This document shows positions 1-12,905 of a DNA stretch of 64,000 nucleotides, one piece after another. Position 1 is the stretch's first letter. Every line of letters starts with the position of its first letter. Source of the stretch: Octopus vulgaris (Eukaryota); NCBI GenBank assembly GCA_951406725.2, contig OX597822.1:34658001-34722000 (forward strand). The letters run 5' to 3'. The notes beneath the pieces are model-generated. The model saw nothing but the letters and a program-made list of their open reading frames with translations. It was not told the origin of the DNA and made no database searches. The position numbers and the translations under genes are program-made.

Positions 1-59
1 TCGCCTGCTCGCCGATTTAATGTATGTATGTAATTAGGTATGCGTACAAACATACATAC

Positions 60-70
60 GCACGCACACG

Positions 71-126
<56 letters not shown>

Positions 127-387
127 TATATACATACTTACATCAATACGTATATATACATATATATGTATATATACATATATACATATATACATATATA
201 TACATATGTACATATATATATATACATATATATATATACATACATATATATATATATACACACATATATATATATATACATACATCCATATATATATACA
301 TACATACATATATATAAACATACATACATACATATATATATATACATGCATGCATACATATATATATATATATACATGCATATATAT

Positions 388-418
<31 letters not shown>

Positions 419-610
419 CATACATCCATATATATATACATACATACATATATATAAACATATATAAATACATATATATATATACATGCATGCATACATA
501 TATATATATATACATGCATACATATATACATATATATATATATATACATACATACATATATATATACATACAGCCTATATATATATACATATATATATAT
601 ATGTGTGTGT
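60..610. repeat. Compound (CA)/(TA)/(TACA) microsatellite with ~140-bp higher-order duplication
   Basis: Simple repeats; marker words tacatccata (281, 421) and catgcatgcatac (~345, ~485) recur 140 bp apart. Confidence 0.9.
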
Positions 611-837
611 GTCTGTGTATATGCTTGTGTGTCTGTGTTTGGCCCCCCAAAATCGCTTGACAACCGATGCTGGTGTGTTTACGTCCCCGTAACTTAGCAG
701 TTCGGCAAAAGAGGCCGACAGAATAAGTACTAAGCTTACAAAGAATAAGTCCTGGGATCGATTTGCTCGACTAAAAGCGGAGCTCCAGCATGGCCACAGT
801 AAAATGACTGAAACAAGAAAAAGAGTAAAGAGAGTAA
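603..837 (+). mobile_element. SINE family A, 3' half
   Basis: Near-identical to the 3' halves of full copies at 29508-29924 and 27259-27760 (cgcttgacaaccgatgctggtg...ctccagcatggcc...gactgaaacaag). Confidence 0.85.
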
Positions 838-2333
838 ATATATATATGTGAGTGTGTGTGTGTGGGTGGGAGCACAGGACGTCACGAAACGTGTACAACA
901 AAAATATGAAGTACAAGTACATTGAATATGAACTATTTTTCGAACAACGAAAGACACATATGGAAAACGAGGCAAAGAACTCAAAGAACGACCCTTCATC
1001 AGTTATTAGCAGTTTTTCTACTCACGTATTTTGAACATTTAACAACAAGATACGCTTTAGATAATACATTTTCACCCGCAAAGCAAATTAAACTAAATTT
1101 GGGATTTTACGGAGGGTCAAAATTGGTAACACAAACAGGACAGTTAAAACAAACAGGAACCACTGCTGAGCCTAATCGAGGTTGTGGTGGCGAACGCGAA
1201 AATCACCTTTGGACAGGAGAAGGCAAGAACACGTAATCCTTGATCCATCTACAACGGAGAGAAAGAAAGAAACACAAGTTAGGAGAAGAAAGAAGGCCGA
1301 TGGTCACGTGAGAGCAACGTGAGCAAGGGAGGAAGAGTGATGGAGAGAGAGTGACAGAGAACTTTGAAGGGGAGAGGAAAAAATTGGAGATAGGATAAGT
1401 GAGAAAAAACTGGAAGGGGAGAAGGGGAGGTGTATATAAATTTTAATATTTTATAAGTCTTTGGTGTAATAATATTGTTTTTTTTATGTAAATATCGTTG
1501 TGTATGTAATGATCTAATTATCGTAATTTTCCATATAATTATTAGATACTAACTTTAATTTTATTCGTAAGATTTTACTTAGCGATAGATATGTTGTTTG
1601 ATAGCAAGTATACGAGTTGTTTAAAGTTAGGTTTATGTATATACATGTATTAATAGCATTAATTGTAGTTTTAAATTTCTTATAATTATTATTTTAACTT
1701 ATATATTGTCTTTTTAAATTGATATTTGCTAGTTTTATTCCCATTGATAAATATATTTATAGTATTTATAGTATTTATTTGGTACTATATAACTACGAAT
1801 TGATTATTTCTTTAAGTATTTTAAATATAAGTTTTCCGAAAGTTATTATTTAGCCAACTAGATATAAAGATAGTTAATATGTTACAGCGTTCGTTTAAGA
1901 TTGTTTGTTTGTATTTTTGAAATTAGCTATTTCATCTTTAAATATGAAAAAATAATTTATTAGGTCTTTATTATATGTGCATATATATTTATTTATAGTG
2001 ATTATTTTAGATCTTAATTATAATATTTATATACATTTATATATTTTCATTGATAATTTATATATAATAGTCTTTTTTTTGTAAAATATTTATGTAATTA
2101 GATATTGACTATTACAGATATTAAATTATTGGTGGGTTTCTTACCTTAAAAATTAATACTAAAAAATTAATATTAATATTTAACATTATAATAGATGGTT
2201 TGATATTATCATAATCGTTAAGTTTTAAGTTTCTAGTTTGATAATAGAATTTTTTTATAAGTATAATTATTATATTATTTATTTCTTTAAAATATTGTTT
2301 AAATATTTCTGATTATTTATTAAAATATTACAA

Positions 2334-2431
2334 TTAACCTGAAGATTGACTGTAACCATAATTCGAATTATTAATTGAATTTAAATTATTGTTATTCAAA
2401 TTGGTTACAGCCATGAAACGATCGTAGTGTT
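2334..2431 (+). ncRNA. Hammerhead-ribozyme-like motif (Penelope type I, slightly degenerate)
   Basis: CTGAAGA (2339), stem II TGACTGTAACCA/TGGTTACAGCCA, GAAA, palindromic AC-GATC-GT, GTA cleavage triplet; stem I imperfect. Confidence 0.6.
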
Positions 2432-2504
2432 TTTACTCTTTATCTTTTATAAAACTTTTAATACTTTTTGATATTTATATAATTTTAAAAAAATAAATAA
2501 ATAA

Positions 2505-2545
<41 letters not shown>

Positions 2546-2879
2546 AAATTTATAAGTTTAAATTATTTAAATAATTTTTAAATTTTAACTTTTATATTTT
2601 TTAAATTAATTTTATTTCTATGTATTGGCTTATGATTTTCACTGTTTGATTTGCCTAATAGTGGTTTTATCTCTAATTTAATATATATATATATATACAA
2701 GCCATAATAAATCTCTGATCGAGGTATAAACAGTAGCTGCACGACAATGTGAAGTATATTTGTCAGATAGGGCACAGAAAGTGTGTCAATAGCCAGCTGG
2801 AGAAGATGGTCTCCTGGGGCTACAAGCTACAGTATCATCCACCCTTAGTGGTTAGCCACATTTAAGAAACAAATATACT

Positions 2880-3285
<406 letters not shown>

Positions 3286-3635
3286 TAAATAAGTCTATAC
3301 ATGGAAGTTAACGTATAGCCATTCAAAATGATATTCTTTGAAAATTTTTATTTTACGGATCGTCAGCACTATTGGGTTTTAATGTTTTCGTTTTTGTTTT
3401 TATTTTACCTTTGATACTTTTCAGATATTTCTTAAGCTTAATTTACTAAAAGTAGCTTTCATACATGCTGGTGAGATGAAAAAAATGGAATAAAAAGAAA
3501 GCAAAATATTTTCTCTGAAATATGAAAATCATCTTCAACAGCATCTCATTCTTCTTAACCCTCCACATCATCATCACTATCGTATTTCATCATTATTATC
3601 ATTGTCATCATCCTTCTTTCTTCGTTATTTTTCTG

Positions 3636-3709
<74 letters not shown>

Positions 3710-4435
3710 CGTATAATAGTCTGTCTATCTGTCTCTCTGTCTGTCCGTCTATCTGTCTCTCTGTCTTTCTATTCACAAACATATTCTCTTTTATATTTTA
3801 GGCATATAGATAACATAGACTGGTCGTTCACCACCGCCTTGCTTTAACGCATGCAAATACCATTTTTACTACACAAATAAATTTTGCATATGATTCTCGT
3901 CAAATCAAAGCTTATTTAAATGGATGCTTATATATTCTACATAACTGAAGACCATATGATACCTTGAGGCTGGTAAATAGTAAATGGTTATACTTATATC
4001 TGCTTAACAGATAATAAATTGACAAAGTAATTTATGTAGTTTTGAGTAAAGAAAATCATAATCTGCCGTACACTCGGTATTAGAACGCACCGTTTTAAAC
4101 CTTAGGTTGTTCCCTTCTATAACTGTTTATTTACTAGATTTCTCTTAACATGTCAACTTATCAACCATTCATTTGTTATAGAAAACCAACCATATAAATT
4201 ACTGGTATAACTTAAAGAGAATTGTAAAATGTAAAATATAAAGAAAAATAAAACAGCTCAGCAACGATGATTTCAGAAACATTTTTCGCCCAAAATCGCC
4301 GAGGTATTGAATATAATATGCTGGTCCCTTGTTAGCTGTCAGAAAACTGCATATTTCCAAATTCCCATGCTTCACAAAATTCGCCATCACTACTCTTTAC
4401 GTAAATATGCATCTTTCTTCTTTATTGTTCTTTTC

Positions 4436-4751
4436 ATTTTTTATTTATGCGCCCTTTTCAAGCCTAGCCAGGCTCATGGGCCCGGTTTCCCGGTTTCTAT
4501 GGCGTATGTGTTCCCCCCAGCTGGACGGGACGCCAGTCAATCGCAGCGTTACCCAAGAAACAGGAGGAAAGAATGAAAGAAAGTTGGGGCGGAAGTGTAC
4601 AGCAGCGGTCGCCACCACCCCCTGCCTGACCCTCGTGGAGCTTTAGGTATTTTTGCTCAATAAACACACACAATGCTCGGTTTGAGAATCGAAACAGCGA
4701 TCCTCCGACCGTAAGTTCGCTGCCCTAACCACTGGGCCATTGCGCCTCCAC
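4436..4751 (-). mobile_element. tRNA(Arg)-like-headed SINE, head C + tail 1
   Basis: Minus strand head gtggaggcgcaatggcccagtggttagggcagcg (A box) and tttcgattc (B box); tail gcgattgactggcgtcccgtccagc...aaaagggcgcataaataaa. Confidence 0.85.
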
Positions 4752-6014
4752 TTACTGTCCACGATTCTGCTCCTCTGTGTTTTATTAAGTGTACTGTGCG
4801 TGAGCCTTAGGATTTGTTAGTTATTGCAGTTTTCTGTCGCCACTTTAACCATTTACTATCGAATTGTAGTGCGTCTGAGTACTGAATATAATACGCTCAC
4901 AATTATTATTTCCATTTTTGTAAAGGATTCAATTTTGGATTGCCGAAATTATAAGGGAACGTACACACTATGGATATATTCATGTACCCTATTTAGTCTG
5001 TTGTACACGTTTGAGCAAATGTTTCCACGGAGGAGTATCACATCGCGCACGAATATCGTTAATTCTTTCCTAGATTTCAAAAATTAAAACTGAAGTCATA
5101 ACTAGGATCTGATCCGAACTAGATCCCACGCATTATTCCTTACCACACATTCTATGCCTCTGCAAGACACGCATCTTTCAGTTTGTCTCTGATACATTCT
5201 TTACGCAACGCTTTTTTCGAAACTTCGTATCTGTGCATTTGTAGTCTACTCACTCATGTCTTTTATCTGGATATCGGATCAAACATTTCCAATTACTCTG
5301 CCTCTCTCTCACCCCATCCAATTCTGTTTATATATATATTTAATTTCTCTCTCTCCGAACTGCTCAAAGTACTAACATGTCTTCGGTCGTATCTTTTCTC
5401 CGTACAGCGAGCACATCTATTTCCCAATCATCCCCTTCTGAAGTCATCGTCTTCGAAGACCACAACCATCGCGCGTTTTCATTCATTTCTATCACATATT
5501 TATTTCCTCTCTTGTCATATTCCTGTGTGTATCTAATAAAACAGCTTAGAAGATGCTAGATAAGTAGATTCCATTTCAACAGTAAAAGATCATTTCAGAG
5601 AAGCATCTTCATATTTATATCAATCGATCAGTTACCCAATTTTTATGTTATGTGCACATTTCTACACTAATCAAATAACCAAAATTCGTTATTGGCTAGT
5701 TTTCTATATCGACTGAAATAATTATATCTCAAATAGAATTTTTGCGAGACTATTCTTTAATATCACCCTTCTTACTAGAATAAAGCAACTAATAGACAGA
5801 CAGTGATTATCCCAGAGCAAGGCGGCTGCTACCATGTTTTATCGATATCACCAAATTACTCTCTTGTGGCACATGAATTATCACAAGTTTTCAGCAAATA
5901 ATTTCGTGAGTTAATTTCAGCACCGAAGAATAGTTTATAGGCCCGGTTCTTGTATGGTCTCACCAAAACAATGTTAAATATTTTCTAAAAGCGTACTAAC
6001 AATACAATCTCTCC

Positions 6015-6291
6015 ATTCTAGGCAGACTATCGTAAGGCTACGTGTTCATTCCCGGTGGTGTGTTGTATCCTTGGGCAAGATATTTTATTTCACGTTGCTC
6101 CGGTCCACTCAGCAATCAAAAATGAGTAGTATATGTATTTCAAAGGGCCAGCCATGTCACATTCTGTACTCTGTGATCTGCGTTAAGGGTATTCGTGTCT
6201 GTGGAGTACTCAGCTACTTGCACATTAATTCCATTAACAGGATGTTCCCTTGATCGGATCAAGTGCAACACTCATTGTCACAATCGAGTGC
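6015..6291 (+). mobile_element. Degenerate SINE, head D + tail 2
   Basis: CORE-like ccttgggcaag motif; tail homologous to 6590-6738. Confidence 0.65.
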
Positions 6292-6294
6292 CAG

Positions 6295-6363
<69 letters not shown>

Positions 6364-6381
6364 GTGTGTGTATATGTGTGA

Positions 6382-6738
6382 GTGGAGGAGTAATGGCCCA
6401 ATGATTAGGGCGGCGGACTCGCGTCGTAGGATCGCGGTTTCGATTCCCAGACCGGGCGTCGTGAGAGTTTATTGAGCGAAAGCACCTAAAGCCCCACGAA
6501 GTTCCGGCAGGGGTGGTTCTGGCGAACCCTGCTGTATTCTATTCTTTCACCACAACTTTCTCTCCCTCTTTCTTCCTGTTTCTGTTGTTACAGTATGTCA
6601 CGCTGAATCTCCCCGAGATCTACGTTAAGGACAGTCGTGTTTGTGGAGTGCTCAGCCACTTGCACGTTAATTTCACGAGCAGGCTGTGCCGTTGATCGGA
6701 CCAACTGGAACACTCGTCGTCGTAACCGACGGAGTGCC
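6382..6738 (+). mobile_element. tRNA(Arg)-like-headed SINE, head C + tail 2
   Basis: A/B boxes, anticodon-like loop ACTCGCG; homologous to 22882-23260. Confidence 0.85.
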
Positions 6739-7448
6739 ACGTATGTATATGTATATATATAAACATGTGTATGTGTGCGTGTGTGTATAGCGAGAGAGAG
6801 AGAATGAAAGAAAGGGAGAGAGATGTAATATGGTTTAATCCTTGGTCTGTTTGAGAACCACAATCTAATTTCATGCTAAATAACAAATACAGCCGTACAT
6901 TTGCTTTCTATCTCCGGACATTATTCAAGTTTAATCACCTAAGCAAGTCTTCATTCCAGCAAAAACTTTTCGTATAATTGTTCAACATCCTAGTTCCTTT
7001 GAAGTCTTTACTATGGTTTCAACAGTCTTTCCATACAGTTTTTAACTTCTTAATTTTTGCTTATTGTGTACCAATCATCACTTCGTAGAATAATTTCTTG
7101 CATCCGTAGAAAAAGCTCCTGCATCTACCTTTCATACCCGACCTCATCATACAATTCTATTGTATCTTGCTAATCAATAAGAACACCATTCCACAGTATT
7201 TTTGGAACCTCGTGTTTACCCAATAATTTTCCTTCGACAACAACTCTATAAAATTTCAAATTAATAAATAAATTGCATTTAGAAAAAGACCCCTGTAATT
7301 TTCATTCGGTTTTTAATCGGTTTGTATTTAATCGATTTTAAAGAACATATTAAACGGAGATGTGAATTTTTATGTCAAAATCTAAATCATTCATTTCTCT
7401 TAAACCTGTGTCTTCATCGCATTGGAAGCAGCATACGGGAAGTTATTC

Positions 7449-7633
7449 AGAGACCCCCTTCGGTCACGAATGACCATGGGATTGCACCTAGAAAGTTACC
7501 CTCCGAAGTACAAGTCCGGGTAAGGTTGTTTATGGACGACTAGTAGTTGTCCATGCATACCAGCCTCCCCTCTCCAGGCCGCCGATGTTATCCAAGGGAA
7601 AGACAAAGGCCGATATAGCTTGGCACCAGTGTC
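7449..7633 (-). mobile_element. SINE tail-3 fragment
   Basis: Homologous to 52245-52370 (caagtccggg...gttatccaaggg...cttggcacc). Confidence 0.7.
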
Positions 7634-7714
7634 AGGAAGTTAACCAATTATAATAAACATGCGTAGATTCTACAACTAACATCTGTGGCTGGCCACAAAG
7701 GCTGAACACTTCAA

Positions 7715-8035
7715 CTACATGATTAGCAGGGGAACTTTTTTTAATATACAAACTCATACTATCTGCATCACGTACGCTGGTCATATGTTTATTACAATTA
7801 AATACAGACAAAAATACCTATCGTCTTAAAAAATATCTTGTAAAGAGTTTCGTCCTTACATTTATGATCCAACACAGCTCTAGTATAAAAGTCATGACTT
7901 AACGTCCTTCCATTCTTAGATATAAATGTTGGAATGTTAAATATCAGAGATAGTAGCACCGTATGCATGAAAAACGCAAAAGCGTATGTATTTACACTTA
8001 TAATGTTCATCCTCATAGGTATAATATATATGTAG
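7715..8035 (+). repeat. Unclassified ~320-bp repeat, inverted relative to 15765-16085
   Basis: ttatgatccaacacagctctag here is the reverse complement of ctagagctgtgttggatcataa at ~15920; collinear similarity on both sides. Confidence 0.8.
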
Positions 8036-8949
8036 TCGAATTACAGCGTATGACACCGGACTATAGTGACTACTTGGTTACATATACTCACTCAAGTTTA
8101 GTTATCCATTGCTATAGTGACGCTCAAATAACTACTACGTTTATTTCTTGAAAATCCAGGACAAAATCTTTATACAAAGAAAATTGAAATTCTATTCATC
8201 GATTAGCTCAATTTCCTGTCTTAAGTGCCCAGGGAACAAACATTCTCCTCGCAGCATGTGCCATGTCAATACACATAAAACACAGGCACAATTGATTGTT
8301 TGTGTACAAAAGCTTCCATTTGCTTTAAGCTATCTTAAGGCCTTCATTTCATTTTATTATACGCGGCAAGTGTTTATGTTGAAATTTTATGAACGTACCT
8401 TCTTTATCTTTATCACTTTGATGTGCATCAGGTCTTCCTTCTCGAGATTTTCTTCACCCATACCACACTTCACACATTTACTTTGAAACAAAAGTTATGG
8501 TATTGTATTGTAATTTTATGAATAACAAGTGAGAAGTTGAGTGATTAATATATTAGCTTCAGGAATATAAAGTTAGAATTTCAGTACTATAATTTTGCTG
8601 TCCAAGCCGTTAACTGTACATGCAGTTGAATCGTCGGGTAAAATGGAGTAATCATTACTTAATGCTGGGAACGTGACACAGGTTTAAGAGATATGAATGA
8701 TTTTATTTCGCAGTGAAACGGGTTTTATTCGTTTACGGAACACTGTAAAAAATAGAAATATATATATTAAAAGAAATAATGACGGCCGAAAATTGCAAGT
8801 TCCATTTGGCTGCGCCTGATATGTTCATTATGAGAAATATTTTAGGAGATTAATATATTTCTCTGAATATTTTTAGTGAACAAGTAATATACGAGTTATT
8901 TGTATTATGTCAACTAAGTGTGTGTGTATGTGTGTAGGTGCGCAAGATA

Positions 8950-9230
8950 AACCGGCAGAATTGTAAGCGCGTCGGACAAATTATTTAGCGGTATTCCTTC
9001 TGACTCTTAACGTATAGATTTCAAATTCCACCGAGATCGAATTTACCTTTCATCGTTTCGGACTCCATAAAATGAGTGTTCGTGGAGCACTGAGAGTCGA
9101 TATAATGGACTCACCCATGCTCTTATGGTTTACTCATGCAAAATCTTTCGTCACCCTAGCATGACCGCAGCTTTGAAACTGAAACATTTTTAAATAGTTA
9201 AAATAGTTTATGTGCTAAAATTTGAAACCG
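8950..9230 (+). mobile_element. Degenerate SINE family B
   Basis: ggcagaattgtaagcgcgtcggac...ttcaaattccaccgag...ctttcatcgtttcgg. Confidence 0.6.
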
Positions 9231-9982
9231 TTAATATATGCCACACCAGACAGCGTGCATTTTTACAGCAAGATGACCCAGGAAGGTAGCTAAGACAGAT
9301 GAGCACAGATAAATAACAGGAACCTCCATTGTCACAAATGTAGTACAGTTGCTTCCAGTTATGTCGGGCAAGCCACATGTTACCATATCAGTAGCTTACC
9401 TTAACCTCCATGCAGTATCTCTTTCTCCCAGGATGTAATTATTGCTGTTGTTATCTATAAAAGGCCAACATAATTTGTTTTTATTTGCTAAAATAAAATC
9501 TTCTTCTAAATGTTCATGTCTGTTGTTCAGTTCTTTCTTCACACAACTCAAGAAACATATTTTCATTCATCAACTTGACCAGTCAGCACAGCATCAGCCA
9601 ATAACAACAACACTACCCACGCAACACTCCCACATATACAGGTTCATACAAAAATACACATGACATATTGTTCACTTGTACAGGTATTAATGTATTGTTC
9701 TAAAGAGATAACTATTGTTACTATATAATTCCAGGTCGTATCTGAACAAGGAAACATGATACAAAATAAAGCATACGTGACCGTTTAGTCTTTTTTGTAA
9801 CCTTATTTGTTTCCGTACACAGTATGTCTACGATCTGCCGTGTCGTTTACTTTAATACTGTAGATGTGATTGGCTGCTATTTCTAGGAAATGGAACGACA
9901 GCATTCAGGCATCTTATTTGTCTGGATACCGAGATCGTAGTTCATTGGATTATTTGAAGTCTGAACTGGGAGAGAGGTGGGG

Positions 9983-10036
<54 letters not shown>

Positions 10037-11095
10037 CAGTCTATAACTGCAGTTGGTTGAGTTCATAGAGTGCATAAATTATTAAACATTTGTTATTCAC
10101 TGAACTGAGAGAGTAAACGCACCGAAATTGGAAATCAAACGCATTCACGATTGGTGAAACCTTATTTTAACAAGTTTGGTTCCTGTTTCTTTTAATCCTT
10201 TACTGATGAAGATCAGGCGGTATCCATAACTATTTAGAGTGTCTCTTAGACGGATTGGAGGAGGGTATCTTCACATCGCGGTCTTGGCCAGAGTCCTTGC
10301 AAAAGAAAGTATTCTGCTAATGGCATTCAAGGTACCATATGGTTCTGGCTATTAAACCGGATGGTGGTTTATATCTGTCGGCCATATAAACCATGATGGG
10401 ATTTCAACGTAAACCGGAGAAGTGATGGAACATAGGTAAAGATTTAAATGCTCGTTACTCATAATTTCTAAGAGTATTCAGACATCGGTGCTTTCGTAGA
10501 TTTCTGCAGACGTTTCGGTGGCTTTCAGTAGATAACTACAACTTGGAGAGAACGATATTCTATCGCATTATCATATCAGAGTACACGCTAACAAAAGAAC
10601 ACAGCACACACTCGCATTGGTCTTTCCTCGCACAAAAACACACATACATTGGTCTTTCCTGCTTCGCCGTGTCTAATGTTCGAATTAAATTAGAATGTTT
10701 AAGATTCAATGTTCATATAGCTGTACCTGAAAAGAACAGGCTAGCTAGGAAGACATATTAGCCGTTTTAATCGTCGGTTCTAGTAATCAATAATAGTGAG
10801 TTATTATTCTTGTAGAACAAACTTAGTGTCTCGCAAGATATGACGTAAACTAATTCATTTGAGCTTGATACAAAACAAGTCAACGAAAGATAAATTCCTG
10901 TTAATTTTGTAAGACGTGGTAATGAATATTAAACTGATTTTCGTATAATTCATGACATAAATTGGAACCATGTTGCTGTTTAGCATACGTTAGCAAAGTT
11001 AATAGAGGTTTGAGCAAACGCTTTCTATCCGTGACTATTCCACTTATTTACACCTGTATTAGTGCTGCCAAGATGACATTAAGCAGCGTTACCTT

Positions 11096-11573
11096 TACCC
11101 AAGGTGTCAGGCAATGGGATTGAACTCGGAACCATGTGATTAGGAAACAAGCTACTTACCACACAACCACGCCTGCGGGCAAGCTGGCTGAACCGGTAGC
11201 ACGCAGGACGAAATGATAAGCGGTATTTCGACCATCGCTACGTTTTGAGTTCAAATTCCGTCGAGGTCGGCTTTCCCTTTCATCCTTTCGGGGTCGATAA
11301 ATTAAGTACCAGTTACGCACTGGGGTCGATGTAATCGACTTAATACCTATGTCTGTCCTTGTTTGTCCCCTCTGTGTTTAGCCCCTTGTGTGTAATAAAG
11401 AAATAGGTATTTCAACCATCGCTACGATTTGAGTTCAAATTCCGCCGAGGTTGACTTTCCCTTTCATCCTTTCGGGGTTGATAAATTAAGTACCAGTGAA
11501 ACACTGGTGTCGTTGTAATCGACTAGTCGCCACGCCCCAAATTTCAGGCCTTGCGCCTTTAGTAGAAAGGATG
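11096..11573 (+). mobile_element. Composite insertion: inverted SINE A head + dimeric SINE B, one 15-bp TSD
   Basis: TSD aagcagcgttacctt (11081-11095) / aagcagcgttatctt (11574-11588); A head on minus strand 11096-11177; B units ~11183-11400 and ~11400-11570. Confidence 0.75.
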
Positions 11574-12264
11574 AAGCAGCGTTATCTTCCTTTATTTCGT
11601 TATATAACAATTTGAATTGATTTATTTGTTATTTCTAACAACAAAGTCTTGTGCTTAATATGGATGTGTTTCTAATATAAACAACATATAATTATAACCG
11701 ACCATCATTGCTTACCTTGTAAGCTGTATTTGTGAATTTACATTTCATTGTAGGAAATAAACAGGCAGTTTTTTAGATAGTAAATAGCAACAAAATAACA
11801 TGTCTCCAATCGATAAATCTTAATTTTCTAGATTGCGCGATAGCATTCATTTCTATCAAATGGGTTTGTTAAGGTGATTCTATTCACACGCATCTTCATT
11901 TTGTAATGACACTTTATGTCTGGTGACATCCCATGGATCACTTAAAAGCAATAAATATTGCAGCAAATCTTAAGGAAATATCTCTAAACTTTATGAAAAT
12001 TAATTCATCACTGAATCAACATGCGATAATATTAGTGAGGACACTAAGGAACGGCGAAACTTTTATTTTTTCACTTCTTAATAGAATGTAAAGCAATCGC
12101 ATAAGTACAATAGTTTGTTCAACAGCTGGGTTTTCTCATGCTTTATAGTAGTTTATGGAATATGGGGATAAAAATAACACCAGTCTTCACTGGAATAGTA
12201 GGACTCATAAAGAAGGGAATTGAAAAATTTAACAACCATACCCCGAACGATATCAATACTTACA

Positions 12265-12675
12265 GTGAGCTGGCAGAAAAGTTAGCACGCCGGGCGAAAT
12301 GCGTAGCCGTATTTCGTCTGCCACTACGTTCTGAGTTCAAATTCCGCCGAGGTCGACTTCGCCTTTCATCCTTTCGGGGTCGATTAAATAAATACCAGTT
12401 ACGCACTGGGGTCGATATAATCGACTTAATCCGTCTGTCCGTCCTTATTTGTCCCCTCTGTGTGTAGCCCCTTGTGGGTAGTAAAGAAATAGATATTTCG
12501 CCTGACGCTACGTTCTGAGTTCAAATTCTGCCGAGGTCGACTTTGCCTTTCATCCTTTCGGGGTCGATTAAATAAGTACCAGTTACGCACTGGGGTCGAT
12601 ATAATCGACTTAATCTGTTTGTCTGTCCTTGTTTGCACCCTCTATGTTTAGCCCCCTGTGGGCAATAAAGAAATA
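12265..12675 (+). mobile_element. Dimeric SINE family B
   Basis: Head gagctggcagaaaagttagcacgcc; ~185-bp unit (gttcaaattc...cctttcatcctttcggggtcga...taaagaaata) present twice. Confidence 0.85.
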
Positions 12676-12696
12676 AATATTTAAGCAGCCCAAAAT

Positions 12697-12905
12697 CGGA
12701 GAGCTGGCGGGATCGTTACGCGCCGGGAAAATGTCTAACGGCGTTTTTTCCGACTTTATTTTCTCAGTTCAAATCCTACTGATGTTTACTTTGCCTCTCA
12801 ACCTTTCCGGGTCGATGAAATAAGTACGAATTAATCACTGGAGTCTATGAGACTTACCCGCTCCCTTGGAATTGCTGGTCTTTTGCCCAAAATTTGAAAC
12901 CAATT
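12697..12905 (+). mobile_element. Older monomeric SINE family B
   Basis: gagctggcgggatcgttacg head; flanked by aagcagccca (12683 and 12909) as probable TSD. Confidence 0.65.

Noticed and set aside
985-1045. Complete hammerhead on the minus strand
   Set aside because: CTGATGA present, but no correctly placed GAAA or stems found
5100-5520. LINE C-terminal zinc-knuckle remnant (minus strand)
   Set aside because: Only a short frameshifted CSLYGEKDTTE-like match; too weak
6900-7260. Additional REL LINE tail (minus strand)
   Set aside because: Only IIRKVF-like similarity; too degenerate
11183-12675. CRISPR-like repeat array
   Set aside because: Repeats are ~185-bp SINE units without unique spacers; eukaryotic context
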